Shown: positions 51,655 through 64,000 of the stretch, piece by piece
Layout of the letters: each line of letters begins with the position of its first letter
Position numbering within the stretch: the stretch's first letter is position 1
Assembly: GCF_964194025.1 (NCBI RefSeq)
Contig: NC_134471.1
Location: forward strand, 12,276,001-12,340,000
Source: Convolutriloba macropyga
Lineage: Eukaryota
Direction: 5' to 3'
DNA: 64,000 nt
Notes under the pieces: model-generated
The model's database searches: none
Told to the model about the DNA's origin: nothing
What the model saw: the letters and a program-made list of their open reading frames with translations, nothing else
Program-made: the position numbers and the translations under genes

Positions 51655-54285
51655 ACACAAGGAGGCTCGCTAATGTGCGTTTGCACATAAAGCTCCGACC
51701 CCTCTCATCCACTTCTTCAGATTAATTGTCTACCAAAAGGAGGAGGGATAGAAAACTTTCAAAAATTCAAGTATTCTTCAAAAAAATGGTGTAAGAATCA
51801 AAAATGGTGTCCAACTCAAATAATTCAGCAGACTAAAAAAAGCGCCATTGCCTTAGCGGGCTCGGATATTTGTCATTAGTAAGGATTCAAGACAAGACAA
51901 ACAACAAAATCGAACAACAACAACAAACATTAATAACATCCAAAACTCGATGTCTGTTTGTACAGAAAGAAAATAACAAATTTTAAATACTCTCAGATAA
52001 AACATAAACTTAACGAAATAACCAGTTTATCACCGGTAAAAATTTGCAATCAGTACCTAATGAGATTCAAAGACAAGTAGACAAAAAACTTCAAAAGCGG
52101 CTAACTTAAAAATTACGCTCTTCTTTTAAAGCAATTGGTTCCAAAGTAATGAAATCCATTCGATATGAACTGAAATCATTAAATACATTGTATAGGATCA
52201 ATTATAACTGCATAAGATAAAACATTGGGTCCTGTCATTTTTATGTTTTTGCTCATACGACTGCAAAAAAAACAACAGTTTTAGAAAAGAACTCAATCTC
52301 AAATAAATTTTGTGAGAAAACGGCGTGGAAGCCGTTATTACCATAATCTTTTCCCTAAATAAAAGAAGTGTTTAGTTGCAGTTGTTTGTGAAAGCTAATA
52401 AAGTGACATTTGACCAATCATTAATGCAACTAGGTAACAAGTAGAGAAGAAATAAACAATGTTAAAAACAACGACAGCTTTCTTTTTATTCGAAATCGAT
52501 TAGTTTAAGGGTTCTGAAAATCTTCAACTATAAATTGCATTAAAAAGGTCTTTTCTATAACTCTTTGATCAGAATATGTCCTACGTTTGCAAAGAAAACG
52601 TCAAATACAGACGAAAATAATAAGAATCAACATGAACTTTGTTTAAAAAAGCAGCATCGAAGCCGTTAACAGCATAAAGAATTCACATAAAACTAAAGAT
52701 ATGTGTAATTTTGCAATGTCAGCAACGTGATATGTGACCTTTTTCAATGAGAATATGTAAGAAAAAGAACAAAAAGCAACAGAAGAAGATAAATTAAAAA
52801 ATATTATTTTTACTTTTCTTGAAAAAATTATATTTAAAGTCATAAAAACCATCAACTAACAACTAAAGTCAGTAAACCGGCTCATTTGTTTCTTGTTGAA
52901 AAGCCATTGAGACCTCTTGTTTTTCAGTTAATCTCAAACGAGTACAATGCGAAAGGCAACTAAAGACATGTTGAAAAAGAAATCAATCAACTTCTTCTAG
53001 AAAAATGTGTTAATGCCGTTAAAACCGTAGCCTATGCGTCAAGAAAAAGTATGTTCAGTTGTGCCTACGTTCTGAAAATCATTAAATTGATAAATGACCC
53101 TTTAATAGTTTGGTAATTTGACAAAATAGCAAAAACAGGCTGAAAATTGCGCAAATGTCTAAAAATCAAAATTATTTGTGAAACTAGTGGCATCAAAGCC
53201 AGAAAACAATTAATTAAAGCGTGAAGCATTAAAGGAGATTTTAATTTAATTAAGTAGATCATATAGTCTGTCTTAGCCGAAACTAAGCTAGAAGTTGACA
53301 AAACTATTGGAACAACAGAGGCAAATCTGTATAATCCATTGTTCATTTCAAAACAAATGACTTTAAAAGTCAATACGACAAAAAGCTTTTGAGTAAAAAT
53401 GTAAAAACAATAACTGATAATCGTTTTTGAAGCCAAATGACCCTGTCAGTGGTTAGCTTTGATAATTTTTGTTCTATTCCGCGATGAACACAAAAAATCG
53501 ATAATTTGCTTAAAAGTAAAGAAAGCCGGAGACTACAATTAGGATTATTTTTGGATTTTAGAATTCCACAATCAGACCAAAACAAGCCTTGCTGTTATTG
53601 TTCGTTCATTACGAACATGTAATTGTGCCCAATGTAATGGATATAGAAAATTTGACAAAAAATCATATATAAAAGAAAAATGATGCTGTTTTTTTTATAA
53701 TTATCGAGTTATATTAGCTAAAATCGGCAAAATTTCAAAACCAAGAAGGAGAGCAGAAAAAAAAACTAGCCCTATCTTGAGTTAAAGAAAACTGTCAGCA
53801 CTTTTATGGTATTCACTTCCGTCAAATTTAAGCAAAGTGGACTAAAGAAGCTTATATCTTTCAATTTTCGCTGATAAAAGTCTCATTTTTTGAAATATGC
53901 AGCGTCAGTTTGAGCCAAAAAACTAGATGAAAATTTCATCAACACCTTTCTATCTTTTGAAAATATACCTAGAAACACTTTTTTAGAACATTTTCTTAGC
54001 ATATTCTAGCAAAATTGACAAAAAATATAGGCAAAAATTCAAGATAATGTGAATGAAAACAACGGAAATCCGTCTATTATTCACAAAACCTCAAATCTCA
54101 ATAACTCCCTTTATAATAAGAAATTCAAAAAATCTTTTTATTTCCATATTTTACGCTGAACGGGCTTTCTAATAATACCAGTCTCAACTCTCTCCGATGA
54201 ATATACCGATCGGCCATACCTTACTGAACAAAAAAAACCCATTTGAGTATATAGTTCCTCCCCCACTAAAGCGGACCGGAACAGT
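51655..54285 (+). mobile_element. Interspersed repeat copy B (Helentron/HINE-like)
   Basis: Starts acaaggaggctcgctaatgtgcgtttgcacat; ends atatagttcctcccccactaaagcggaccggaac. Confidence 0.65.
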
Positions 54286-55115
54286 AAAGTATTGAACGTA
54301 ATGATTTAAAATATTAACAAATCGTTTCGATATATTTTACGCAACAACTGTAAAAGCCATCTAAAACAATGATATGTTTTCACCTACATCTTCATCTGAC
54401 CCTCAGAATGTTATTAAAAATGAAATTCTTTAATGACAATGGATTCTGTTTAGGCAAACAAGTGTTATTAAAGACCCTCATTATGTTCTTTTTGAAATTC
54501 TTGATGTTTTATTTATACCCTCAATTGTTATATTTTGGGACACCAATTTTTTTTTATCGTCGCTCTTCCTCCCAAAAAAACATTAAATCTAATCAACAAA
54601 TGTAACCTATTACTAATCAATAGTATTTTATCATTATTTATATATGATTAAACTACGAGATTATGGATTACGTTTGCAAAATGTTTGTATTATTATAGAA
54701 AAATGGCAAAGCTGATTTTTTTGTTTAATTTGAGAAAAAAAATCGGTTGATAAATAGCTCACGAAGACCACTTTTTTTCAAATTTTTAAAGAATTAAACT
54801 ACATCGGTTGCCAACCTTAAATTTAAACAAAGACTTTGGAAGACAAAGCTAGATTTGATGTGGTTTGCTCATTTCCTTTTGCTGTATCTGAACGATGATA
54901 TTAGATTTGAATAACTCTTTCGATTGAGTTTTTGTCAGCAATACTACTTTTGAGAAAACTTTTTAAATTGAGAAGATGTTCAATATATTATTTAGTAGAC
55001 TTTTCTTGCTACGAGATAATGACTTTCAAAAATCACTTCAAATCAGTATGGCGTAAATGTTGCGAACAGAAAAATTATTAAATGCGCAATATTTCCTAAT
55101 TCAATGTCTATCTAA

Positions 55116-55310
55116 TCAGGTGAAATAATTTTTGGGGTGTCCTGGCATCTGTTGGTAAAGCACCTTATTCTGATTGTTTTCTCCCCCTCCTCCCACTCCC
55201 CCTCCTCGTCTGCTATCCAATGTGCCAGACCTGCTGTTGTGTCCATTGGCAGAATTGGGTCGTGACGTCATACTGATTGAGCTTCCTCCATGTTGAGCTT
55301 GTCTTCGAAT
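55116..55310 (-). CDS. Probable terminal exon (cytoplasmic tail) of claudin/PMP22-like gene
   Basis: ctcctcag| phase 0; IRRQAQHGGSSISMTSRPNSANGHNSRSGTLDSRRGGGVGGGGENNQNKVLYQQMPGHPKNYFT*; GC-rich island in AT-rich flanks. Confidence 0.55.
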   Translation of the reverse strand: MRRQAQHGGSSISMTSRPNSANGHNSRSGTLDSRRGGGVGGGGENNQNKVLYQQMPGHPKNYFT

Positions 55311-57615
55311 CTGAGGAGATTTCTTTCATCCAACAATTTGATGTCAGTTTTCCCTTTATGCTTTTTTAAAGCTGCTAATTTCTACAAAAAGGGGATTTGT
55401 ATTTCTTGATGAGATCTTGAAAGTTCAAGCCGGTGCAATCATTTCAGAAGTACTGATTCTGAGAAATGCTAGCTTCTGAGAGAAATTATTGACTGCTATG
55501 TTTTATAGATTGCTATCAATATAAACCAATTTCCACGACGTTAGATAAAAAAAGTGTCCTCGCAAGGCAAAAATATTGAAAGCTGATCATTTGGTTTGTC
55601 TCAAATTTAACAATTCCATAAGGACCTATACTAAAACTTTTTTGGGGGTTAGAAGCGGATAGTTATTGCGAAGCTGGCCAAAGAGTAACAGCTAAACCTG
55701 CTCTTTGCTTTTTTGCATCATCAATTTTACGTTTAGAAAGTTGGAAAATTTTTTTTCAGCTTCAAATTTTTGTTCCAATATTTTAAAAGTGTATGCGAAT
55801 CTCTCTTTTTGCTGTATATTTTGGTTTCATTCTCATATAGAAACGTTGATTATAAAAACAGAACAATTGTTTAAAGCAAATTCCTGGTGCAGATTTTCAA
55901 AAACCCAAAGTTAATCCTATTGGAATTTTTGAAGAAGGCAAACAACTTGAAGCTTCAAAAAAAGAGGCAGGTTTTCAAGGGCAACTATCGAGAGAAAAAA
56001 GAGGCTCAGTGTTAAGACACGGGTATTTTTTGATGTTTTGGATCAAATAATCAGTGAGTTATCGAAATATCCCGATGTTAATGACTTCATAAAAGACGAA
56101 GAAGTCTCAAAATTGCTAAAGGGCATTAATAGACTGAGCATCTTGTGAAACAGGAAAAAATAAATTAGAACAACTACTTTTTAATAAATGTGTTCATTTG
56201 GACAATAAACATTTGATAATGTAATAAGGTTCTAAAAAGAGGGGCTGAGGAAAATTTTACAAGAATTTCAGGATTTGTTTATATGTGATAATAAACATCT
56301 CTTAATTTTATTCTGGTAGCGTTTTTACTATAAAATAAAACTGCCTGTGCTTGTTTCTACCGTGATGCTGCCATTAGTCATGAATGATAATTTTCTATTT
56401 CGAGTAATGATCCCTGGAATAAAAACCATCAATTTTTTGCTCAAAATACACAAACAGAAAGACTAAATATCTGCATGCTGTTTTCTGAAAATAAAGTAAA
56501 TTTTTAAAAGATTTATCTGGACAGTATTTTTAGACTTTTGAAAAATTCAATTTTATATCCATTATAGTTGGAGCAAAAATTTTTAACTCTATTTCGATCG
56601 GTCAAATAATAAAATATGACTATATCAAAGAACCAAGGAAAATTCCCCTAATTCAAATCTTTCCCTAATTTGTTTTGCCGCCATCGAATGTAACCTCAAC
56701 GAAGTATTACGTTAAAGCGATGATATTTTTTTCAGATGATTCTCGGATGAATAGATGTAGAAATCACTGTCAAAAATTACATCCAAAATTGTGCAATTTC
56801 CAATTAGGGAACAGGCAGTTATTGTGGTAATGATAGAGGGTAATTGATGAGAACACAAATGAGAGGCACAAACATAAAATCTAGGCTTATGGTGGCTTTT
56901 TTGTCTTAAATGTTTTAGATGTTTACAAGGTTTTTACAGAGAGTGTTTTTTTTCTCAATTTAAACGAAAGGTTCCGCCCATTGCTTGAACTTTTGCGAAG
57001 TCTGTCAGCAACGTTTATCATTTTTTATGAACTAGTTAGTTAAGCAAGTTAGTTAAGCAACATTTAGAGGCTACAGCTTACGAAATTTTAATATCTGGTT
57101 GTAATTTTGCATATTGCTTGAGTTTAATTAGATGTATTATTTCTAGTGCTTGGTTTCCAGCAAAAATTAGATTCCAAAGTTTTGGTCATAAAGATCTTTT
57201 TATTGCTACGATTTTATTATTGTGAAACATCTATGGATAAGAACTGCCTTTTTTAAAAGTAATTTCTGTTTACATCCGAACACCAACAAACCAGCAATCT
57301 AGGGGTGCTCGAAAACAGGGATAAAAATTTAAAATCATAAAGATATATGTGAACCGATTCACATGATTTCAGTTGTTTTCATAGTTTTCATTTCGACGCG
57401 CATGCTTTTGAAGGTTTTACTCAATAATTTTTTTTTCGATTTTCGAGCTAGTTTTTAAGATTCTGAGAGTGCTTCGGAGACAATTTTGATTTCACTGATA
57501 AGGCTTTGCAAGATTTCGGACATGCAATGGATGAATAAGCGAAGTCTTCAATCAGATTAGCAGATCAATAATAGCTGCTAAAATTTTCAGGCAAAAAGTA
57601 GAACTATTTTTTTGC

Positions 57616-60029
57616 TTGAAAGTTGTTCTCTCAAATTCTGTCGTAATATATGACATAATTATTCTATGTGGTAACGTTAACATTGATCACATCAGGGAAT
57701 CGAGCAGAAAAACTAATCTACAAAATAGTCTTAGCTGTTTTGGTTTGCAATGTTTGAACTCAAATAAACCAACGAGAGAAACTGAGCAGAATAGTTCCGT
57801 TATTGGTGTCGTCTACTCTAATAAAAAATTCCAAGTAGAGATTTTAGAGACATCAATAACTGACCATCATACTCTAACGGTACCGAGAGTTGCAATCGGA
57901 ACACAGGAAGATAGGAAAAATACCCGTTATCGAAACTGGAATTTGCTGAAAAACCGCGAATCGAAAGAAAAACTGAATTTTCTAACGCTTATTGAGCTAC
58001 AAAAGTCCAAAAAATTATTTGAAACGAAGGATATACACTCATGCTTTGAAGACTTTAACTTAAAAGTACAGGAAATGATGAATAAATTTATTCCAGAAAA
58101 AATTAAAACACCAGGACAAAATTAAAATTGGGCTGACATCCAAATCAAAAATTTGTCTAACAAAAAACATCTTTTGTATAAAAAATACAAAATTGAAAAA
58201 TTGAGAGTTCACTGAAAATTGGGAGCGTTATTGCGCTGTTAAAAGACGGCTAAGAAAAATTATCGACAAAAAAAACAATTACATTTTCAAACACTAATTG
58301 CTGCCGAAAGCAAGTCAAATAATAAATCTTTTTTCGAAAAATTTAATCTTCTAACCGGGAAAGAATCTGGATCAAAGCCAAATTTGACTGTCGAGCAGTG
58401 CCTGGAATTTAGTCAGTTTTTTACTTCTGTCGTAGAGAAAATGAACAAAAAATGTAAGGGCAATTGGAATCCTGACAAAATTCTGCAAGTGCGCTGCTCA
58501 ATGTATCTTCCAAATGTTACTAACGATGAGGTTGAAGAAATTGTAATGTCCCTAATAACAAAATACACAAGTGACTGTTTTGAGATAAGTGTTTTCGTAA
58601 TACAGTCTTTAATATTCGGGATTTTAGACACACTGACATTTCTTATTAAAAAAGCACTGAAAGCACAAACATTCTCAGAATGCTTGAAGAGGGCAGTTGA
58701 TGTCCCAATTTTTAAGTCTGGAAATGTTTCTGAAGCTAATAATTACAGACCCATTTCGTTATTACCTGCCATATCGAAAGTCTTCGAAAAGATTATCTAC
58801 ATAAGATTGACCAGGTTTCTCAAACATACAAATCAACTGGACAACAATCAATTTGGTTTTCGATAAAAACTGGGCACCATAGATGCCTTGGTATCAGTTG
58901 TAGATTCAATCAGATACAATTTGAACAAACCAGCAATTTCAACACATGCAATCTTTCTGGACTTAAAAAAGGCATTTGATACAGTAGATCATTCAATTCC
59001 CGTAGAAAGGTTGTGGAGAATGGGATTCCGTGGACCTATCAATACCTTACTAAAAAGCTATCTAACAAACAGAAAACAAAAAATACGTTGCGGAGATACT
59101 GAATCCTCATTTTTACCTTTAAGAATAGGTGTATCTCAAGGCTCAATTTTGGGACCATTAATGTTTATCTTGTATGTAAACGATCTTCCGGAGGCTACAG
59201 TGAACCTAACAATGACCCTTTACGCCGATGACATAAAATGAATGTTGTTTGTGCTACATTCTATAAGCCGAGAACTGTCTTACACAAAAATCAACTGATT
59301 TTTGCGTACAAGACTTATGTGCAACCGTTTTTACAGTATGGAGTTTTAATCTATGGCACAGCTGCAAAGAGTGACATCAGGAAACTTAATAACAAAGCAA
59401 ACATCTAGTGAGAATTATATATGGGAAACGTCAATTTGAGTCAATTGAAAACTTCAGAATTGCAGCAAAAATTTATAACATAGAAGAGTTACATTTATAT
59501 GAGCTATTGAAATTAGTTATTAAAAAAATAAGGGAGTTAAATGAACATAGTCCAAAAAATGCTTTTTTGGGAACGAACGATTTGAACAAAATTAAAACAC
59601 AGAGAATATGCGTAAACACTTAAAATTTTTGTGTGAAGGACCAATTAACATAAAGATCATTTCAACAAGAGCCAGAAAACTGTTGGTAAAAATACTAAAA
59701 TTTCAACCTCGTTTCATTGAAGAAATAGTGAAACTGTCTGTAATAGGTTGTAAAGATTTTGCTCATCGGTTCCGTGATAACTTTATATTAGGCAGTGCTG
59801 ATTTGCTAGAAGGTTTCTACTGAGTTTTTTTCCTCTTCATGTTTTTCCGAACCAAATGATTGAAATAAATCAAGACGCTAAATTTTCTGCTTAATGAGTC
59901 ACCACATGACGAGGCAACACTGCCTTTTGGTGTTCTCTCGGTTCAGTAAGTGTGTATACATAAAGTGTAAAAATTTATACATTTTTTTGTTTGTCTGTTC
60001 CGAAAACAATTTATTATTATTATTATTAT
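57616..60029 (+). mobile_element. 5'-truncated degenerate non-LTR retrotransposon (APE + RT; CR1/L2-group-like), antisense within an intron of the claudin-like gene
   Basis: APE motifs CGNVNID, PTR, TDHH; RT motifs NYRPISLL, QFGFR, FLDLKKAFDTVDH, GVSQGSILGP, YADD; stops, frameshifts and a deletion after YADD; (TAT)n 3' tail at ~60012-60029. Confidence 0.92.
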
Positions 60030-60238
60030 ATTTTTATATCATTTTTCAAACTTTAAGATTGAAACATTGAGTGTGAGTTTTTCAAAGAGCTATTGGATCG
60101 CTATTTGCAAACTCATGTCACCGAACCCCCCCCCCCCCCCCGCACTCTATCGAATCAGGAGTCTTTCAGCATACATATATTGAAGGAAAACTATATCTGG
60201 CTCTATTCCTTTTGAGGTTTGGATGTGGATATTCTGAC

Positions 60239-60375
60239 TGCCGAAAAGAGTAGAACGAAAGCTGATAACCCAATGCAGACGAATATGAGATAAGATGATG
60301 GTCCGTAAGTCTCAAATGAGAAGGACTGTTTCAGATAGTCAAACAGAACTCCAGTCCCAATTGAGTTGAAAAGAA
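60239..60375 (-). CDS. Claudin/PMP22-like gene exon (TM3 end, ECL2, TM4)
   Basis: tgtttcag| phase 1; VLFNSIGTGVLFDYLKQSFSFETYGPSSYLIFVCIGLSAFVLLFSA with the YGxSxYL motif; donor gtcaga, or read-through to TAG at 60205-60203. Confidence 0.7.
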
Positions 60376-60526
60376 CTGAAACAAAATCTATCTTTGGCTC
60401 TAATACGACTCAAGGAAATTTATTTGGAGTAAATTCCCTCTTGTAATGAGCCGTTTTTTTAGCAATTTATTATCAACCGTTTGCATGGTTTTTCTTGTTT
60501 CCACATAGTATTTTTTCCATTTTATA

Positions 60527-60853
60527 TTTTTCATACAACTGATAATTACAGGTTTTTAATTTGATTTTTTTACGGGTAATTATTTAACCTAACGGTTATG
60601 CTTTCAGTTTGAGTGTCCCCCTCCAAAAAAATCAAAGGTCAATGACAGGGCACTAGGAGAGAAACTAGTCTTTACTAATACCAACTTTTCCCCCTGTCCT
60701 TGACCGTTAATTTTTTTGTGGGGGGGGGGGGGTTGGGCTTGTTTTTTTTTGGTGGGGGGGGGCGCTCAAATTAAAAGCATAACCGTCAGGTACATAAAAA
60801 CGTACATGAAAAAATGTCAAATTAAAAACCTTTAATTATCAGTTTCATGAAAA
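60527..60853. mobile_element. Old foldback element/MITE, ~330 bp
   Basis: Imperfect ~120-bp inverted arms (aactgataatta...cggttatgc / gcataaccg...taattatcagtt) around a short core. Confidence 0.65.
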
Positions 60854-61227
60854 TTCTGGTGCTGTATAACTTGCATGTTAAAGGTACCCGGGTTTACCCT
60901 TCCTGGGAACCATATCCAGGAACAATGTATGGTTCCATACAGGCCATACAAAAATTTCTCATGTGATCTTGCTATTGTTGCCAAAATAACATAGATATTG
61001 AGCGTTTTCGAGCGATATTAACCTTTCGAGTGATTGAGTGTTTCCAGCGATAATTAGTTTTTTTTCTTGGTCAGAAATTTGATTGCCAAGTTAGCATGCA
61101 TAGAATCCATATATAGCTTTATGGTGCGGTCAACCCGTGCACCCGTCAATTTTTTTGTCTATTTAATTTTCCTATTTATTCTTTGCTTTTTAATTTTGTA
61201 ACGATTTACTGCAGAATTTAAACTTAC

Positions 61228-61386
61228 CTGTAAATATAGAAACCCAAAGTTGAACCAAATCAACATTTCGATTGTATGAGGGTGAGCTTGCATTGCCCAA
61301 CAGTTGACAGGATAAGAGAGCCACTTGAAGTAAAGGAGTGAAAGAGGCTAATGTGAGGAACACCAGAGCTAACACCATTTGTGGCT
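61228..61386 (-). CDS. Claudin/PMP22-like gene exon (TM2, intracellular loop, TM3 start)
   Basis: gtttag| phase 1; EPQMVLALVFLTLASFTPLLQVALLSCQLLG...VQLWVSIFT; strong donor CAG|gtaagt. Confidence 0.7.
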
Positions 61387-61465
61387 CTAAACAGTTATCA
61401 ATCAAACATTAACCCCCCCCCCCCCCCCCCCCCCCGAGTACGTTATGCACGGAGCACGTGCCGTT

Positions 61466-61471
61466 ATAATA

Positions 61472-61504
<33 letters not shown>
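61466..61504. repeat. (AAT)n microsatellite, downstream of a 23-nt poly-C run (61413-61435)
   Basis: Direct reading. Confidence 0.9.
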
Positions 61505-61791
61505 TTAGTTCTCGAGTTTATTTCATTGCTTGCATTTATAAATTTACATACTAAATATTTTTGTTAAAAAATAAAAAAAAATGCACTCACAAAGCTGGGG
61601 GCACAAACAGAAAAGATCCGAAATACCATTGGCTGGTTTCTGAAAAGACTTTTGACTTTTGATAGTTACGAGTCTCGTCGACTCTATAGTCAAGGTTGGA
61701 AACGATTCCAACTTCGACTTTTTGTCATTTAGTGACGACTACCTCCCAGCTAGGGCTTTATGTTGAACAAAATGAGTGAATTACGTCTGAC

Positions 61792-61897
61792 CTTTTGGCT
61801 CAAAAGGGAATATTTTGGCGGAATCGTAGCCTGCCGACCATCCGTCCTCAACATGGAACCGCCAAAGGTCTGCACTTCGGATTTCTCCATACTGACT
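61792..61897 (-). CDS. Claudin/PMP22-like gene exon (ECL1)
   Basis: aatcag| phase 0 to G|gtcaga phase 1; SQYGEIRSADLWRFHVEDGWSAGYDSAKIFPFEPK, with DLW at the GLW position. Confidence 0.55.
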
Positions 61898-62614
61898 CTG
61901 ATTTTATAGTGAATAAGTTGCTTCTTCATTGTTCAACTCATGATTAAAAAAATAAAGTCTTGACTTCTATAAATTTCTGGCTTGTGAAAAGAACTATAAC
62001 GGTGTGAAGTAAAGGTTCCCAATTTCGAGCCTGCGAAAAAATTAAAAAGCTTTCTGAATTAGTTAAAAAGTTTTAAATAAGCACAATCGGTTCTTAAATT
62101 AGTGAGCATTGCAGTAATGAGATTATTGAGCAGAGAAAGTTTTTTATCAGGGTTAAAAGATAAAAAACCAGTTGTTGACATTGTTCAAACATTAGTGCGC
62201 AGAACCAGTACCAAATTGCAAAGGGATAATTTTCCACCAATTGTTAGAAATATAAGCGCGCTATTTTAATACACGGGATAAATCAGATACATGCGGATTC
62301 CGGATTTCAGTTAGTTAGTTTCTGTAAATTTATAAGCGACAGTTTGTCGCAGATGTTGTCATTATTGTGAGTAGTATTCGCAGTCGTTGATTTTGAAAAT
62401 CCTGGAAAATACTCATAAAAGTTTGTAATCTGCAATTTAATAGACTAAAAATCCACATTTTGTAAAATTTCCGCATAATCCCTTTTAGAAAAACCCACAC
62501 AATCAACTTTGGCAATTTAGATATTTTATTTTCTCCATATGGCAATAATACGTACTCATAAAATTCATTATTTATTTTTATTAGGATTTTTATTAAAGTG
62601 AAACAAACTAATTA

Positions 62615-64000
62615 AGACGAGGAGGCTCGGTAATGTGCGTACGCACATAATGTTCCGACTCCGCTCATCCACATTCTCGAATTAAATGGCTAACAAATGA
62701 TGAAGAGATAAAAAAACTTTTAAAAACATACGCATCGTTCATTAAAGCACCAATGTAATACAATACTGCCACGCTAGAGGACCGATGAAACTTGTTGAAT
62801 GTAGGTCTAACAGAAAATACAAAAAAGAAAATAAAAAAAACATTATTATGACCAGAACTCGATGTCTATATTAAAAAAATCATAACGAAATCAAACTCGC
62901 ATCAGATAAAACCTAAACAAAACAAATTAACCTATACTTCATAAGAAAAGTTACCTGTCCTCAATGCTACTAGGTAACAGGTCGACAAAAAATTCAAAAA
63001 GGTGCAAAGATCACAAATACACTTTCGAAGAGTACAAAAAGAAGAACAAACACGAGCGAAATTAAAAAGTTCAAATAAAATTTGCGCAAAATGGCAGTGA
63101 ATCCGTTAACCTATGCACTTGTCACTCACAGCTTTCAAAATGTTAAGTTGTGCAAAAGTTAAAAGCTATTGGGAACTACCATTAATGTTATAATTTAAAA
63201 AGAAAACAAAAATAGTTTAAAAAAACAAATTTACAAAAATCGCAAACATTTTATGAAATCTCCTAGTAACAGCAGTAACAAAGCCGAGAAACAGACGATG
63301 GAAGCTAATACCGTTCTAACAATAAAATTATAGTTCAATCGAAACTGATTGTGACATGTCTTTACAGAGATTAGGCTACAAATCGACCAAAAAACGATTT
63401 GATAAAACAGCGAAGCGCAAAACACCAAATGTGTTTTCGAAAACAAATATTTTCGAAAAGCATAAGATTTCAAAAAAGAGGTGGATTAAGTTGCAGCACC
63501 TCAAGATGTTCATTGCGCCTGTTCTTAATGAGACTACGAAATAACAACAAATACAGGCAGAAGAAAGAACTTCAAAAAAAAATTCTAAGACAAACAGTGT
63601 TCAAGGTACTATGAGTACAATATCTTTACTATGAGTACACTCATCTGAACATCAATAGATCTTCCTTACAAAAAAACTCCGTAGAATGACAGAAAAGAAA
63701 CTTAAAAATTGGACAGTAGAGAAATCTGGAAATTTTTTTATGAAATTAAATGGTTTAAGCCATTATTCAACACATATAAGCAACAGAGATCATAATGTAT
63801 GAACCAATGAAAGTAGCTGAGGCTTTTTATCATTGAGATTGAGTTACATGGTGACCAAAATGATAGCAAAAAGAAGACAGTTGGTATTTTTTTTAAAAAG
63901 CTTAATTGAAAGTCACTAAAACAAATAGTTTTAAACTGAAGTCTTTAAATAGGTTCAGTTAAGCGTCCTGGGAAAGCAATTGAGACCTACCAGTATCAGC
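62615..64000 (+). mobile_element. Interspersed repeat copy C (runs off window)
   Basis: Starts gaggaggctcggtaatgtgcgtacgcacat; colinear with copy A. Confidence 0.65.

Noticed and set aside
41324-54605. Many 60-120-aa F/L/K/I-rich ORFs
   Set aside because: Composition reflects AT-rich repeats; no motifs or splice-consistent structure.

Overview
AT-rich, intron-containing eukaryotic DNA, probably from an invertebrate animal (species not identifiable from sequence). No prokaryotic features, rRNA, tRNA or CRISPR were found. Three spliced host genes can be assembled by hand: (i) two exons of a D-2-hydroxyacid dehydrogenase (GHPR-like) gene on the minus strand (5704-5408, 940-~791); (ii) an MFSD4/NaGLT1-like MFS transporter on the plus strand (28024-40087, 8-9 exons); (iii) a claudin/PMP22-like tetraspan gene on the minus strand (61897-55116, first exon not found), of which the ORF track shows only one exon. 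Most of the rest is repeats. These are an 11.6-kb BEL/Pao LTR retrotransposon with internal gag-PR-RT triplication and a ~280-aa low-complexity insert in Pol; a 6.4-kb pol-less Gypsy-like element with unexplained accessory ORFs; a degenerate APE-RT LINE; four CCCRG...CYGGG non-autonomous DNA transposons with 2-bp TSDs; four copies of a ~2.4-kb Helentron/HINE-like repeat; and satellites and palindromes. The most notable cross-cutting signals are repeated templated-insertion/microhomology rearrangements, three unrelated tandem duplications of 170-174 bp, and exon ends that may use non-GT (GA/GG) donors.
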